A DNA stretch of 64,000 nt from Peribolospora baueri (taxonomy: Eukaryota), in assembly GCA_029717555.1 (NCBI GenBank), contig JAMDHS010000027.1:1-64000 (forward strand), in the 5' to 3' direction. This document shows, piece after piece, positions 1-12,726 of the stretch; position 1 is the stretch's first letter; every line of letters starts with the position of its first letter. Under the pieces are notes generated by a model, which saw only the letters and a program-made list of their open reading frames with translations, did not search any database and was not told the DNA's origin. The position numbers and the translations under genes are program-made.

Positions 1-1966
1 GAAAAGTTTTTGGAGGTCGTGAGAGACGAGATGAGCAGGTACGGAGCGGTGTTGGTTCATTGTGGTGCCGGAAAAGGTGAGTGAGGAGAAAAATAGAAAA
101 TCGAGGCTGGTCGTCGTTCGAAAAAAAGCCCGACGCTATTGATCGACTGACGCTTCTCCTGCCGCGGGTTCCACTCTGGAAGGCCGAGCAGGGACCTTCT
201 TGGCGTGCTACATCGCCCTATTCGGCTTCGAGCTGCCATCTTCCAACCTCCCATCCTCCTTTCCTCGCGCTCTTCCCCCACCTCAAATGGACGCCCACTT
301 CGCCATCGCCGCCCTACGCGAGATCCGCCCGGGAAGTGTGGAGACTCGAGCGCAGGAAGAGTTTGTGGAGACGTTCGTGAAGCGCACTTGGAAGAAGCAC
401 AGTCAAGCGACGTCATCGGAAATAGACGAGGAAGATGTAGGAGAACCGGAAGGCAAAGGATTTCAGATGGTCGGAAGACTGGATCGAGACCCTCAATTGA
501 TCATGCTCGTCGGCCTGCCCGGCTCCGGCAAGACGTGGTTCGGCGAGAGGCTTGTGGAGCGCGACTCTGGAGGATGGGTAAGGATCAGCCAGGATGAGAC
601 GGGCTCGAGGTCTGCTTGCGAAGCTGCACTCGGGAGCGCCGTCGCTTCTGCATCTGGTACCAAGAAAACTGGCGGAGGTGGGGGAAGGAGAGGAAAGGGA
701 CGACAGACCGTCATCCTCGACAGGGTCAACCCTACCAAGGCCGATCGGCGAGCCTGGCTGGCACTAGCGTTCAACCCCGAGCGTGCCATCTGCGTCCACC
801 TCGACTATTCCGCTCGTCTCTGTGAACGCCGCGTCCACACCCGTAAAGATCACCCCACCTTACCACCCGCCCGAGCTCGGACGGCGATCACTTCCTTCTC
901 CAAGGCTTTCGAATTGCCCTCTTTGGACGAAGGCTTCAGCGCAGTGGTGACTGTGCGCTCGTTCGACGACGCGTGCGAGGTGGTGAGGCTGCTGAGCCGA
1001 CAGACGGGCTCGTGCGAGGTGGAATTCTTCAAGTTCCCCAGGACGCCGCATTTTATCAATCTCGGGTCTGCGACGAGGGACGATCTAATCCTGGACGAAA
1101 AGGAGGGGAAGAACTGGACTGGAATGGGGGAGAGGGTGGTGATTGAAGAGAAAGTGGACGGGGCCAATATCGGCTTCTCGCTCCTGTCGTCTGCCACCTC
1201 TTCCTCTTCTGCTTCTCCCTCGTTGATCGCTCTGCTCAATGAGATGGGAGCGCCTTTTGGAATTCGTGTCCAAAACAGGAGTCACGTCATCAATTCGTCC
1301 AGCCATGAACAATTCCGGCACCTCGACACGTGGATCATCTCGCATTTTTCTTCCCTCCTCCACCTTCTCACGAATGGTCAAGCGGTCCGAAGCTGTACTT
1401 TTCCAGAGAGGTATATACTCTTTGGCGAGTGGCTCTCGGCGACCCATTCGATCTCGTACGAACACCTGCCGGATCGATTCTTGGCTTTTGATCTATACGA
1501 TCGCAAGGAAGACAAGTTTGTGAGCAGGGCGAGATTGGAGGAGTTAATTGGATCGGCGCCTGCTGCGAGAACGAGGGCGAGGGCAAGAGCGGCTCCGTCG
1601 CGCGTGAGCGGAGAGGAGGGAGAAGAGGAGGAGGTTGAGCAGCGAGACTACTCGTCGTTCTGCGGCACTTCCCTCGAAGCATTGACCAGCACCCCTAACC
1701 TTCCCATCCACCAAGTGCCCTTACTCCACTGCGGCCCGCTCCCGGCCCGATCGGAGCTCCTCTCCTTGGTGCATGAGCGCTCTCTTTTCGGCCCCGGTCA
1801 AAGAGAAGGCGTCTACATCCGTTTCGAAACCGCAGGGACGGGGGGGGGTGGGGGAGGATGGGTTAAGGGAAGGGCCAAGATTGTTCGTGGAGACTTCATT
1901 CCCGGTCAGGAGGGGCACTGGACGAGGAAGGCAGTCAGATGGAATGGGATCCGGCGGGAGAGTTAA
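1..1966 (+). CDS. 5'-truncated multidomain RNA end-healing/sealing protein: Cys-based (PTP/DSP) phosphatase + P-loop kinase (AAA_33/PNK-like) + ATP-dependent RNA ligase
   Basis: Exon 1-76 spliced via intron 77-182 (GT..AG, branch ACTGAC) rebuilds VHCGAGKGRAGT (CX5R), followed by IRPGSVET. Walker A GLPGSGKT and ILDRVN follow. The ligase part has FPRTPH, EEKVDGAN (motif I KxDG), FGEW, FLAFD, REGVYIR and RAKIV. Confidence 0.88.
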
Positions 1967-2010
1967 GGATTATACGAGCGCTGAGCGAAAAGCGGACGAG
2001 AAGTGACGTC

Positions 2011-2029
2011 GAGGGTTAGGGTTAGGGTT
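2011..2029 (+). repeat. short interstitial telomere-like repeat (GGGTTA)n
   Basis: gagggttagggttagggtt, about 3 units. Confidence 0.55.
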
Positions 2030-2297
2030 GATTGTAGGCAACGGGGGCGGAGGCCATTTGAGCGTGCCTCTAAGAAAAACCTCTAGAGAGAAGAAGCTAG
2101 CTGCGACAGAAAGGTATCCTGTTTCGCCATAGAGGCTCATCAGGCAGCACGCTCGCTTTCTTCGTGGTCAGCAGGATTAGCTGGGGAAGGAGTGTCGTTA
2201 GTATCGAACTGAACGAGGTCGACCAACTGCGCACTTCGGGACCTCCCTCCATGCACCCCTCCTCTGCTTTCGGTCCGGACCTGAGAAGCACGACTTA

Positions 2298-2403
2298 CAC
2301 GTCGGCAGTGCACGATTCCACGTCGGCAGTGGTAGCTTTTCAAAAGGAACGTCAGCTGGCGGCACCCACGTCGGCAGTGCCCACGAGTATCCGTTCAAAA
2401 GGA
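2298..2403. repeat. clustered direct repeats (CACGTCGGCAGTG x3; TTCAAAAGGA x2)
   Basis: 13-mer at 2298, 2319 and 2367; 10-mer at 2339 and 2394. Confidence 0.75.
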
Positions 2404-3094
2404 CCGCTATTCGACAGCGGCGTCCAGCGGGCCGTCGTTCCCGAGCTGCCGACACGCGCACGACTGGCGGCGCCGGCAAAGAGCGTCTGCCGGTCAACGG
2501 TGGATCAAACTGGACGTTAAATTAATGGGTCATCGTCGTCCATCTCGAGCAAATCCTATCCGATGCGCGCCGTCATGATGGAGAGTCAGTTGCGAGCGAG
2601 CGGGCGGGCGAAGACCTCGAAGGTAGCGAGCGCAAAGTCGCGACGTGGTGAAGTGACACGCGGTGGAGCCATCGATGGATCTATGGACCTACATTGTTCT
2701 CGCCGAGACCGGCTGGCTGAAGGGAAACGACGGTTGTCCCGCTTCTGATGGAACTCAACGATGGTGTCATGGGAGAGGCGGCTGCCCTAGTCGCGCGGAT
2801 GCCGGAGCGGAAGTTCGCCTAGCTGTCGTACTCAACTCGTTCAGAGAGCCACAAAAGGAGAAGAACATGGGGAAGGAGGAGGGACGTAAGGAAATAGACG
2901 CAGCTCGTCGTCTTTTTCCGCCTGCATCCTAACGGGAAGTGGAGCGTAGGAGCACTGGAACCAGACGAGTTCTGGAAGAGAGTGAAGGAAAAAACCGAGT
3001 TTGAGCGGTAAAGTACGCCGGAGCGGCGTTCGTTGTATTTCGCTCCGTGCGGATGTGCCATGTTTGTCCTTCGCCATTCTCCCATTCTCCCGTT

Positions 3095-3327
3095 AGCATT
3101 CTCGAGCGCTGATTGGCCCGATGATGCCCACAGGCGCAGTTGACGGTCGTATCTCTGTGTCTTTGCGTCTGGCCGCACCCTTCAGAGAGAGGATAATATA
3201 ATGGTGTCGGAAAGGACGGACGACGAGGTACGATTCTCGTGAACGGCACCTCGCAGATGGCCAGGATGCGCGCGCTCAGCACTCACCTCGTCTCGCGCTT
3301 CAGCTCGCCCACTTGCTCTTGGTCCAT
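3095..3327 (-). pseudogene. ULA1: truncated 5' fragment of NEDD8-activating enzyme E1 regulatory subunit
   Basis: ATG 3327, exon 3327-3287, intron 3286-3180, exon 2 gives MDQEQVGELKRETRVRPDAKTQRYDRQLRLWASSGQSALENA (YDRQLRLW motif). Similarity ends at about 3095 with no splice donor and no downstream KNLVLPG motif. Confidence 0.8.
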
Positions 3328-3581
3328 CGTAAGCTTCCAAATTTTATGAGAGAGCCTATTTACCTACCGTTGCCACCGTTGCCTGCCTGGATAAAGCAGG
3401 AACTGAGCGGTCCGGATTTATACGGCCTGGCGTGGCGGCGTGTGGACGTCGGCAAGCTCGACTTGATCGGCCTCCGTTGCGTTGCCTCGGCCGTGCCGCA
3501 GCATTTCGTCTCCCAACTTCGTTCGCGACAAGCACCTACTCATTTCTCCGGTACTTCCTTCCTGTTGGTCAGCTAGTAGGC

Positions 3582-5116
3582 ATGGCGCCAGAAGCCGGGG
3601 ATGCGGCGGTACTGGGAAGAAAAGAAAGAGGACGGGAGAGGATCAAATTGCAGGGGTGTCTAAGCAGGCGCCAACGACCTCTGCCACCCCCGCCTTCGTC
3701 AACGGCCAGCAGGTTAAGAATGCATTGTCGAGCCAGAACGCTGACGCACTTAAGGAAGGTGAGTGTTCCAGCGCTTATATCTGACCTCGGGCTTTGTCTC
3801 ATTTACCGGATAGCCTATACTGCTTGAACTGTTTCACTGATCCCCTCCATCATTCTTTTTTATTCTTCGTCGTCCTTTCCGCCTCGGGCTCCAGCTTTCA
3901 CTCGACTTCGCAATCAGCTCACTTTACGGCATGGGGAGAGCATTACGCCGAACGATTCTCGTCTGTTACTTGTTATTGATTACGTTAGGTTGTCGACGAC
4001 TGCCGATGAGATATTTCGTGCTTGGCAAGTCGCGATGACTGTGAACCCCGAGATCCGTCTTTATTCGGTCGTCCAACGAGATAGAAAACTGAAAATCGTC
4101 CGGTGGTGTTTTGCCGTTCGACAGAGCAATATCTCTGCACTTGCCCCTTTCCCTCTTACTACGCTCTCCATTGTTCTCGACCATCTTTCTGCGCACTTCT
4201 TCACCCAGGCCGATGGCATGGCGATCATCAACCGCATCCTAGACCCGGTCGAAGGTCTCTTCCAGCAGCTGCAGAACCACCTCACTGGCACCCACACCGA
4301 CATGATCATTGCGTCTCTGAGACTGCTCAAGTCCATAACCACTTTTGGAACTGGTGTAGCTGCCCGCAAGGTGTTTGATGGCTTCCAATGGAGCGCAAAG
4401 GTAGGTGCGCGGATGTGCCGTCACAAGACGGGCACGCACGCCCTCCCTGACATCGTCGTCGTATGATCCTTTCTTTTCTCTTAGGGCTTGCCCAAGCTAC
4501 TTACCTTGTGACGAAAAGGCAACAGCGCCGAGGGTCAATGCACTTGCGAAACCAGGTATGCGTCTTTATGCTCTGTTCCCTTTCGGATGCCCCTCTTCAT
4601 CTAAGCTAAGCTGATTGTTTGGCTCTTCTTTCGCAGACATTCGCACGCTTTCCATTCTCTTTCTTCTTTCCTTACTCACCCAAAGGTCGTCTTCGTCGCT
4701 GAAGATTGCCATCATCGGAATCAAAGATTTGTTCTCATCCATTTTTCGCGGACTAGTTGCCGACCCATACGAGGTCGTTCAGCACGTTTTGAAGGTATTC
4801 TTCGCCAATCTTTTTGGCGACGACAAGGTACCCAGGAATATCAAAGTCAGCTTGTTCAACGAATGGGTACTGGAACATGTGAGTCGTCAGTCACGTCATA
4901 TCTATATTCACTCTCGCCTTGGGAGTCGGAAGCCATTCTTACTCGTTTTTCGTCACGTAAGATCGTCAAATTGTACACTCGCGATGACCCCTCTACTACT
5001 TCGGATGGAAGCGAGGGTCCCTCTCCAGCCGACCTCGCGCACCACTTTCTCCTCGCTATCACGACTCACCGAGGCTTTGGAATCTGCTACGCTGACCGCG
5101 GTTGGTATCCTCGGCA
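3582..5116 (+). pseudogene. URB1: truncated, disabled N-terminal part of nucleolar pre-ribosomal protein Urb1/Npa1
   Basis: Spliced exons give TRLRNQLT, DEIFRAWQ, FDGFQWSAK, LAKPDIRT, FRGLVADPYEVV, ADLAHHFLLAITT..GICYADRGWYPR. Defects: exon 1 is out of phase with ATG 3582; in-frame TGA at 4509-4511; exon 4485-4555 is off by 1 nt; similarity stops near 5116, far short of a full Urb1. Confidence 0.8.
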
Positions 5117-5593
5117 AGCCCCGGACCAGTCAGTCTTCACCGCAAACCCTAACCCTAACCCCCAGAAGCCAGGCCAACGACGTCTCAACCGCGCTCGCGG
5201 AGCTCACGCTTAGCCCCGGGGGTACTGTCACAAACCTCCGCTCAGAACCTCGTGCTCATAGGCTCGGACAAAGGAGCTGTGGCGTTGCGAGGTCAGAACA
5301 TAGGAGCTACGGTGCTGCACCGGTTCATGAACGTGTATATAAAGAGAGCCCGACAGGGCGTCCGCATCTTTCCTCCCCAAGCTAAGAATACTTTTGTCAC
5401 CGCTCAGGTTTCCTCCAGAGTTCCCCGTCCAGCATCAGCACCTCTGTCCCAGCCTCCGCCCCATCCTCGTTCCTGTCCTCGTCTCTGTCCCCGACTTGCC
5501 TGCTCCTTGCTTTGCGTCGACTTCCGGTGGACCTCCATTCTGTCCTCCATCCCTCGCTCGTGCCCGACCTGAGTAGGGAAGTCCTCCCTGACA
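5117..5593 (+). mobile_element. putative LTR-retrotransposon remnant (3' end, G-rich tract, LTR 5226 to about 5593 or 5629)
   Basis: GGGGGTAC directly before TGTCAC (5226); internal TATATAAAG (5336); inverted terminus TGACA at 5589-5593 (alternative 5625-5629). No TSD and no second LTR seen. Confidence 0.45.
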
Positions 5594-6199
5594 CGCTCCC
5601 TGGGACTGGGCCGCTGTTCGTCCATGACAAAGACTTTGTTGAGTGTGAATGAGACAACGCCCCATGCTGAGTATGAATGAAACGATGTCCCACATTGGAG
5701 TGAAGATTGCAAAGACGAGATAACGTCTCAGAGTTAGTGAGCGTGAGCGATGTCTGAGGGTTCTCGATCCAGGGTGAACATTGCAAGCAGACAAGGTCTC
5801 TCTGTGTTTGGAAGGAGCGACGGAAAGGGAAGTGTGTGCGCATTTCGGTCACGCCGAACCAGTACTAACCCCATCCGGATGAGGTATACGGTGAGGCTTT
5901 TTGCTTCACTTCTACTTGGGAGGAAGGTTGCTAGGCGCCAAAGTGGACAAAACGTCCAGTTGCTACTCCGCCGAAAGCTGAATACAAATCCGTTGCGGAA
6001 CACACTCGTGTATGTTGATGGCCGGATCGAAAAAGAGGGAACAGGAATAAACGAGGCATGCGAGCTCGTGAGACAAGCAAAGTGTGGGTGCTCAGTTGTT
6101 GCCGATGAACTGCGAGGACGGAAAGAGGCAGGGTAAGATACGTTAGGGTGACGCCATGGCTAAAACACCACTCGAATGCACGTGCCGAGCGCAATTAGG

Positions 6200-8770
6200 C
6201 CATGCACGGATAGGTCGATTCACCTGGAATACGAGCCTTTGAATGAGCCCGGAAAGATGCGAAGGGTCCTGGTGATACGTGCCCTGTCGGAGGACGGGAT
6301 TTCGAGAGGAAAGGACGTTAGGTCACCAAATGGAGGAGCAGACTGGCGGCTCTGATCAGTCACCATGACCATAGACATGCCCGCTGCGGTGAGCAGCACC
6401 TCTCCGCCGGGCACGAAAGGGATCCAAGCGCGTCGGCGAGCAATGGACCACATGCTCTGAGTGGGACAATGGGCGGGAAGAGGGTCAAACGTCCGTGAGC
6501 AAGTCGAGAGGCAACACGGAGGGCAAGCAGGAAGATTGGATAACGGCACTCACCTCCATACCCTGCGCGCGACATGTCGAAGGCGGAGAGGTCCGTGTCA
6601 GCTGATCCGTTAACGGACGGCGCGCAGTCGCCACGGAACGTGACCCTGACTTACCTTCGGCATGACGTACATCGCCAACTCGGCCCTCCTCTTCTTCTCC
6701 TCTACGAATAAACTGAACATAGTCATCATTCCCAAGACCCAGTGGAATCCCCTGCTAGTGAGGAAGTCCTTGACGAACTGCGGCGTCCTTGCCGCGAGGG
6801 CAGGATCTCGCATGAGGAGGCCGTGCGCGTTGGCACGGAGGCAGAAGAGAGTCTGGAAGATAACGACGAAGACGCCGAGGAAGGATGATGAGCGGACAGA
6901 CCCGACGAGGGCCTTGAGGAGCATGGAGCGAGGGTTCTTGAGGAACGCCTTGCGGCGGAGAACGAGCATCGGGATAAAGTGCAGGCCTGTGTAAACGGGG
7001 AGAATCCAGCGGACAACCTCGAAAAACCTTATAAACTCCTCCTTCACGCAGCTGTCTTCCCAGGGATGTACCGTCGAGCACGGCGCGAACGGCTGTACGC
7101 GCTCCAGCTCGCCCTTGGTCAAGCGGTCGTACAGTCGCGCGAGGCGAGACGAGTTGTACGGCGTGATACCGTGTCGGTTGATCCGGTTCTTCTCAAATGC
7201 CCTGGGAGACGAGATGAACGAAGACACCTCGTCCGGGGAGACGGAGTCCGGGAACAGAGGGAGGAGCAGAGCAGGGTCTGCCTGGTTCGTTCGCACAAGC
7301 GTCTCGTGAACGTTGAGGGCCGTTGGGGTGGTCTTGGAGGCGTTGAGAATCCAATCCCAGTACGATCGGGGGATCGAGTCGTGCGCCATCTGTGGAAGCG
7401 AGAGGGACGTCCGTGAGCGAGATCGTTGAGTGCACACACGTCCCCTTCGGCGCACTTACCAAGAACGCGTACTAAGAGGCAAGGCGACGAAGAGCACGGA
7501 AGTTAGACGCCGGATGGTAGATTAGCCTCGACGCCTAAAGGACGGTCCCTCGCAGCGTAAAGGCTTGGCTCACCATGATCTGACCGCACATGATACCAAA
7601 GACCAAAACGTCGCCGTGCGGAACGTGGAGCACCTTTCGCGAGTGTAAGCCGTTATACGCGCCCTGGAGACCGCGAACGAAGAGCTGCTGGGCGAGCGTG
7701 ATCCGCCTCTCCTTCTTCTCGGCGAGAATGCCCAGAGCGCTGACCGCTCCGGCGACGTAAGCGTGCCAAGAGCGCGACCTGGGATCCCGATACCTCCTTC
7801 TTTTCGATCCAACCTTGCCTTTGTGCTTTCGGGTGCCCTCGTCTAACGTCGGTGCAACTGTCGGCAGAGCCGGTTCACTTTCCGATGGTGGGACGCCCCG
7901 GTGTACGCCACCGTCTCCGGGGCAGGTATCGAAAGAAGAGGTGTTGGAGAGAGAGACAGAGGAAGACCAAGAGGGGTAAGGAGTAAGAAGACGGAGGGAG
8001 TTAAGGACTGCCTTGTAGAGGATGGCGAAGACGGCGAACATGGTACCGAAGCGGAGATTATCCGTGTTGAGCCAGGCTCGAATCAGCAGGAGCGGGGCCG
8101 TCTTGAGGCGTCTGGGAGTGAGAAGGAAGGAAGAGAGGCGACGCCGCGAGCGACGTTGGTAAGATTGCATAAAGGACGGGAGCGAGGTGACGCCGCCCAT
8201 CGACGACGCACTTGGTCCGAAGCAACCTGAAGAGTGCTAGGATGACGTTCAAGCCGCCGCGCAAGCCGTATGCCAGCAAGAAGGCCCCTGAAGAGACGAG
8301 GAGAAGGATCAACCGAGGCACCCTTCCGGTCCGTCAAACGATCTCTACGGGCGGGCCACCTCGTCCGACGTGCGAGGACGCTCACTCAATCCTCCCTTGA
8401 ACACATGCACGGCGAGCCTCTCCCAATCGTTGGGCAGCCCCCACGCTTCATCCTCGCTCCTCCAAATCCTCCTGCTGACCTGTTGAACGACCTCGTCCGT
8501 CTTCATGTTCCTCAGGGTCTCCAGGTGCTGCACGCTCAGGCTGCGTCGGATCGACGCGGCGGCTTCGGCAAAGGTGGGCGTCGTGGGATCGGAGGAGACG
8601 GTGGGATGGGAGGGCCAGCCGGTGGGGTGGGCGCTGGAGGAGATGCTTGTCATGGGCGGCAAGGAAGGGGCGCCTGCGCGGCGGGAGGTGAGGGACGGAG
8701 GCGTGGAGAGCGGACGGGGCGGGCCGGTCGAGCCGTCGCCGTCGTAACCGTCGCCCGCATGACCGGCCAT
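6200..8770 (-). CDS. TMEM135-family membrane protein (multi-exon; 3' end approximate)
   Basis: RFGTMFAVF..YK, AGAVSALGIL, LFVRGLQ, HGDVLVF..CGQIM-YAFL, PCSTVHPW, RSSSFL, FVEEKKRRAELAMYVMPK; includes micro-exons 7460-7471 and 6554-6562. Confidence 0.85.
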
Positions 8771-9580
8771 GGCGTTGACGGGGGCTGGACGACCGTCAGA
8801 CGACAGAGTCTGAGCGTGAATGAGCCGCCTTGGGCAAGTGCCAGCGGGCCGGGCGGTCGGTGCTGCTATACGGGGTCGGGACGAGGAGAAGAGGTGGAGC
8901 GCAAGGAAAGAGGGAAATGGAGCGGAAGAGGTGATGGGCGGGAGAAGGAGGAAGGCGATGGTAACGGTGAGAAGGATGGTGATGGTAGTGGCCGGACAAG
9001 CGGGCTAGCTCTCCTTCTCGTTCTCGTTCTCGTTCTCGCCCCGCGTTTTGCGGTCGCCCATCTAATTATGTGTTGTTATCCATCTCCATCTCGGCGCTCA
9101 TTTGTTTTCTCTCCCACGTCGGCCCTGGAAGCATGCATGTGACAGAGAGAGACAGCCAACAACAGGGCTCAACAGAACAGCGGCGCCCCCCACGGCGACC
9201 AGCAAACGCACGTTCGTCGTCATCGTCGTCCAGCCCGCTCCGCCTCCCCAACATTCTTTCCACCCCCCGCCGCCTATCTCCGCGCCCGTCCGGTGCCTGT
9301 CGTCGTCCCGCCGGCGCACAGACCACCAGACCCAACAGGCATCGCGTTAGGCTAGGTCCGTTTTTATTATGTATTTATTATGTTCTATGCCAGAAAATAT
9401 CAGGAAATCAAGATCGAGCCGGATCCGGTCCTGACCGCGCGCCGCGACGCACAAGCCAGCCCACGCTGTCCACCCTTTCCCCGCTCTACGTACACAACAC
9501 CATGTGGTCGGACAAAGCGAACAAGGCGATCGATCGATCTGGCGGCCCGATACCGTCATCACACGTCACTTCGCACCCCA

Positions 9581-12023
9581 TCACGTCTTCGGCTGCCCCA
9601 CACCTTGCGCCCCTTTCTCGACTGACATTCGCTCCTGACGCGTCCGGCTTCGATGGAGCGCAAGCTCGTCCTGGTCCGAGATGCCGATCTGGCCTTCGAT
9701 ATCCTCGTCTTCCCTCTCCAACTGACCACCCTCTTCACCCCCCGCCGCCGGGTCATGCCGCTCCATGAGCGCTTTAAACATCGCCTCGGCCTCCGAGGCG
9801 TACTGGCACTTCTGCCGAATCGCCTGCCCGTACTTGTAGAAGAGCACGGGGAACGGCAGGCAGGCGAGTGCGAGGAAGCCGGGGATCGCCGACGCCCAGT
9901 GGACGCCGAGGTTGCGGTACATGTACGATGTGAACAGCGGGAAGACAGCGCCCTGTGGGAAGAAAAGAGTAGAAGTGACGGCGACGTCAGGAGACGCGCC
10001 CGCTCCAAACGAGCGCCAAGGGAAGTTTCACAACCAGCGAGACGGCAGACTCACAAAGATGGAACGAATGACGCTGTTGGCCGCGAGCACGCTGGCGGCG
10101 TACACGCTGTAGGCGTCGATGAGGTAGTTCATCGTCGAGAGGAAGACGAGCACCATGCCGCCGCCAAAAGGTGCGCCGGCCATAATGCTCACGAGCCAGA
10201 AGCTGTGATCGTGGCGGCCGAGCAAGTCAAGAGCGAAACTCAAAAAGTCAGCGAATCTGGTCATCAAGCCCGGAGAGAGCGTGTGCATGTCTTTTTCCGC
10301 CGCTTCGTTCATGACCGGCGTCAACGTAGACTCACACGTTGGGCGCACACGTAGCACTGAACCAAGCTAGACCAATGACGACCAGAGGCCCTCCGAGCAT
10401 AGCCGAGTGAAGACGCGCCTCGGGAGGAGCGATGCCCCCGTGCTTGCGCATGACGTTCCGGTAGCGTCGATCGTCGACGAAGATGACGTAGAGGACGCAA
10501 ATGAGCATGCCGCTGGTAGTCGCAGTGAGGTGGGAACAGGATTTTGAAATTTGGAAAAATTGGAAAGACAAGACAAAACGAAATTAAGTATGACTGGGCA
10601 GTCGCAGGTGATGGATGGATAACGCTTACTCACACTAGAACGCCAAGGAAGGCAAGACCACCCACGCCGGGGTTCCACCCTCTTCCAACCTGAAATACGA
10701 TAGGGAATGCCGCGAACAAAAGGTAGAGGGTGCCTATGGGTGCGTCGTCACGACGGATGGGGAAGAGATTGATTGATAATGATTAGATCTGGATTCTGAA
10801 GATCTCCCGGTTGGTGCGGAGGGGCCAAAGAGTACTTACCGTAAATGACGGCCATGTACAAGGAAAGGAGCAACACGATGGGTTCCTTGAAGAGCAAGGC
10901 CCAAGGACGGGAAAGGGAGACTTTGAACAGGTGCTGGAGGGAGATGTTCTTGCCCTCGTCCAGCTTCGCAATATACACCTGGCCCGTGACCTCACTGAGC
11001 TTTCTAGCTCGGGCCCGAAGCAGGACGGGCGCGTAAGTCTCTGGAAGGGCGACCCAGCCAAATATGGTGATGACGCCACTGAAAATGGCGAGGAAACCTT
11101 GCACCCATCGCCAACCGCCGGCCATGCCGATGAAACCTCCGATTAACGGTCCTGTCGGGTGAACGAGCGGAGAGAGTTGCGGAAAGAGGATCATCAGAGA
11201 AGCTGGCCGAATTGAGGGCAGGCCCTGGCTCTATCCATCTTACTCACCGATAGAAGGACCGAGGAAGGGACAGACAGCGAAGACGGCCATAGCGACGCCG
11301 CGAGACGCGGGGGGGAAAACTGTGGAAGAAGGGATGGATCAGAGGCGCCCGGGCTCGTGACGAACGTCGGGATATGGAAAAAAAAAATGAAGAAAGCAAG
11401 GCGTCCGCCGTATCGCCGCATATCTACTCACTGTCAGCGATCGTGCCGCCAGAGTTGGTCAATGGGCTGCTGCCGAAGGCGCCGGCTAAGAAGCGGAAGA
11501 CGATGAGGGCGCCGATGTTGTTACTGGCGCAGGTGACGGCGTTCCAGAGGGTGAGCATGGCGTAGGTGAAAATGAAGAGGGTCCTCCTTCCGAGCACCTC
11601 GGAGAGGGGCGCCCAAAGTAGCGGTCCGAAGGCGAAGCCGAGGACAAACATGCTAAGCCCGAGGGTGATCACCTCGTCCGAGGCGTGGAAGCGCCTCATC
11701 AGGCTCTCGACTTCCCCCGTGAAGGCGGACGAGGCGAGGGCGACGGCAACGGTAGCTACGGAGACGCAGAACGTACAGAACCACCTGTACACCGCTCCGA
11801 ACCTCTGAGGGTTCTCGACGTCGTTGGGAAGCCACTCGACGAGGAAGGGCGCCTCCTTAGTGCCTTTGCCCATGTAGGCATACGAGACGATGTCCTCGAA
11901 AGGAGTCACGGCCCTGCGCCACGGTCGCCGCGTGAGCGTGTGTCGAGCGAGCTCGGCGGTATCGGGGTTGGCACGGCCATTGGGCGGGGAGCTGGGCGTC
12001 GACATTGCTTCTTTCTCCGTCAT
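9581..12023 (-). CDS. MFS drug:H+ antiporter (DHA1, polyamine/Tpo-like)
   Basis: [75 protein letters not shown]. Confidence 0.92.
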
Positions 12024-12726
12024 GTCGGGCGACGGAAGGGGAGACAGGACAGAGAGGAGAGACCTGGAAGAGGAAGAAGACGCGACGGAAAGGGAGCCTA
12101 TCCTTCGGCCCTGCTCGCACTCTTAAGCAAATTTGCGGCCCACCCGGCAGCACGCTGTCTGCCTGCCCGTCTGTCATCCTCGTTTATATTTGATCCTGTC
12201 CAGAAGCGGCGAGAAAGAGACGGAGAGGCGAGCCGGGCAGATGGTTCCGGGCGAGACGGGCGAGACGCTCCGTCGGACGTGCTCACGGAGATAGCAACCG
12301 GCCGTCATGCGCGGTGGCGGACACCCTGATCGGCCGGATATCGCCGCAGCCGGCGTTCTCCCATCATATGCTCTTACCTCACCGGCGCGTAGCCACGGCA
12401 CGTGCTAATCGTGCTGCGGCCTCCACAGCAAGAAGCACGGCAAACGCTATACTGCAAGCGACCGGGCCAGGCTCGCCCCGGTATGTCTTCTCATCTCTCA
12501 CCACTGCATCCACTGTTGCGCCAGCAGGCCACCGGTATCATGTCGTTGCGCCGGCTTCCACTGTGCCTCCCTTCATTCTGCGCTCACCGCTATCGGGATT
12601 GGTCCACTTCGGCCAACTCGGAGAACCCGGCACGTTGAAACTTTGGATACTTATACTAGAACGACTACCGCTACCTGTCATCTATACATATGGACCGTGC
12701 ACCGGTTCGTCCATTCAAGTCACAGG

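Noticed and set aside
5630..6190. Short ORFs between the LTR-like unit and TMEM135
   Set aside because: No recognisable motif or consistent splice structure
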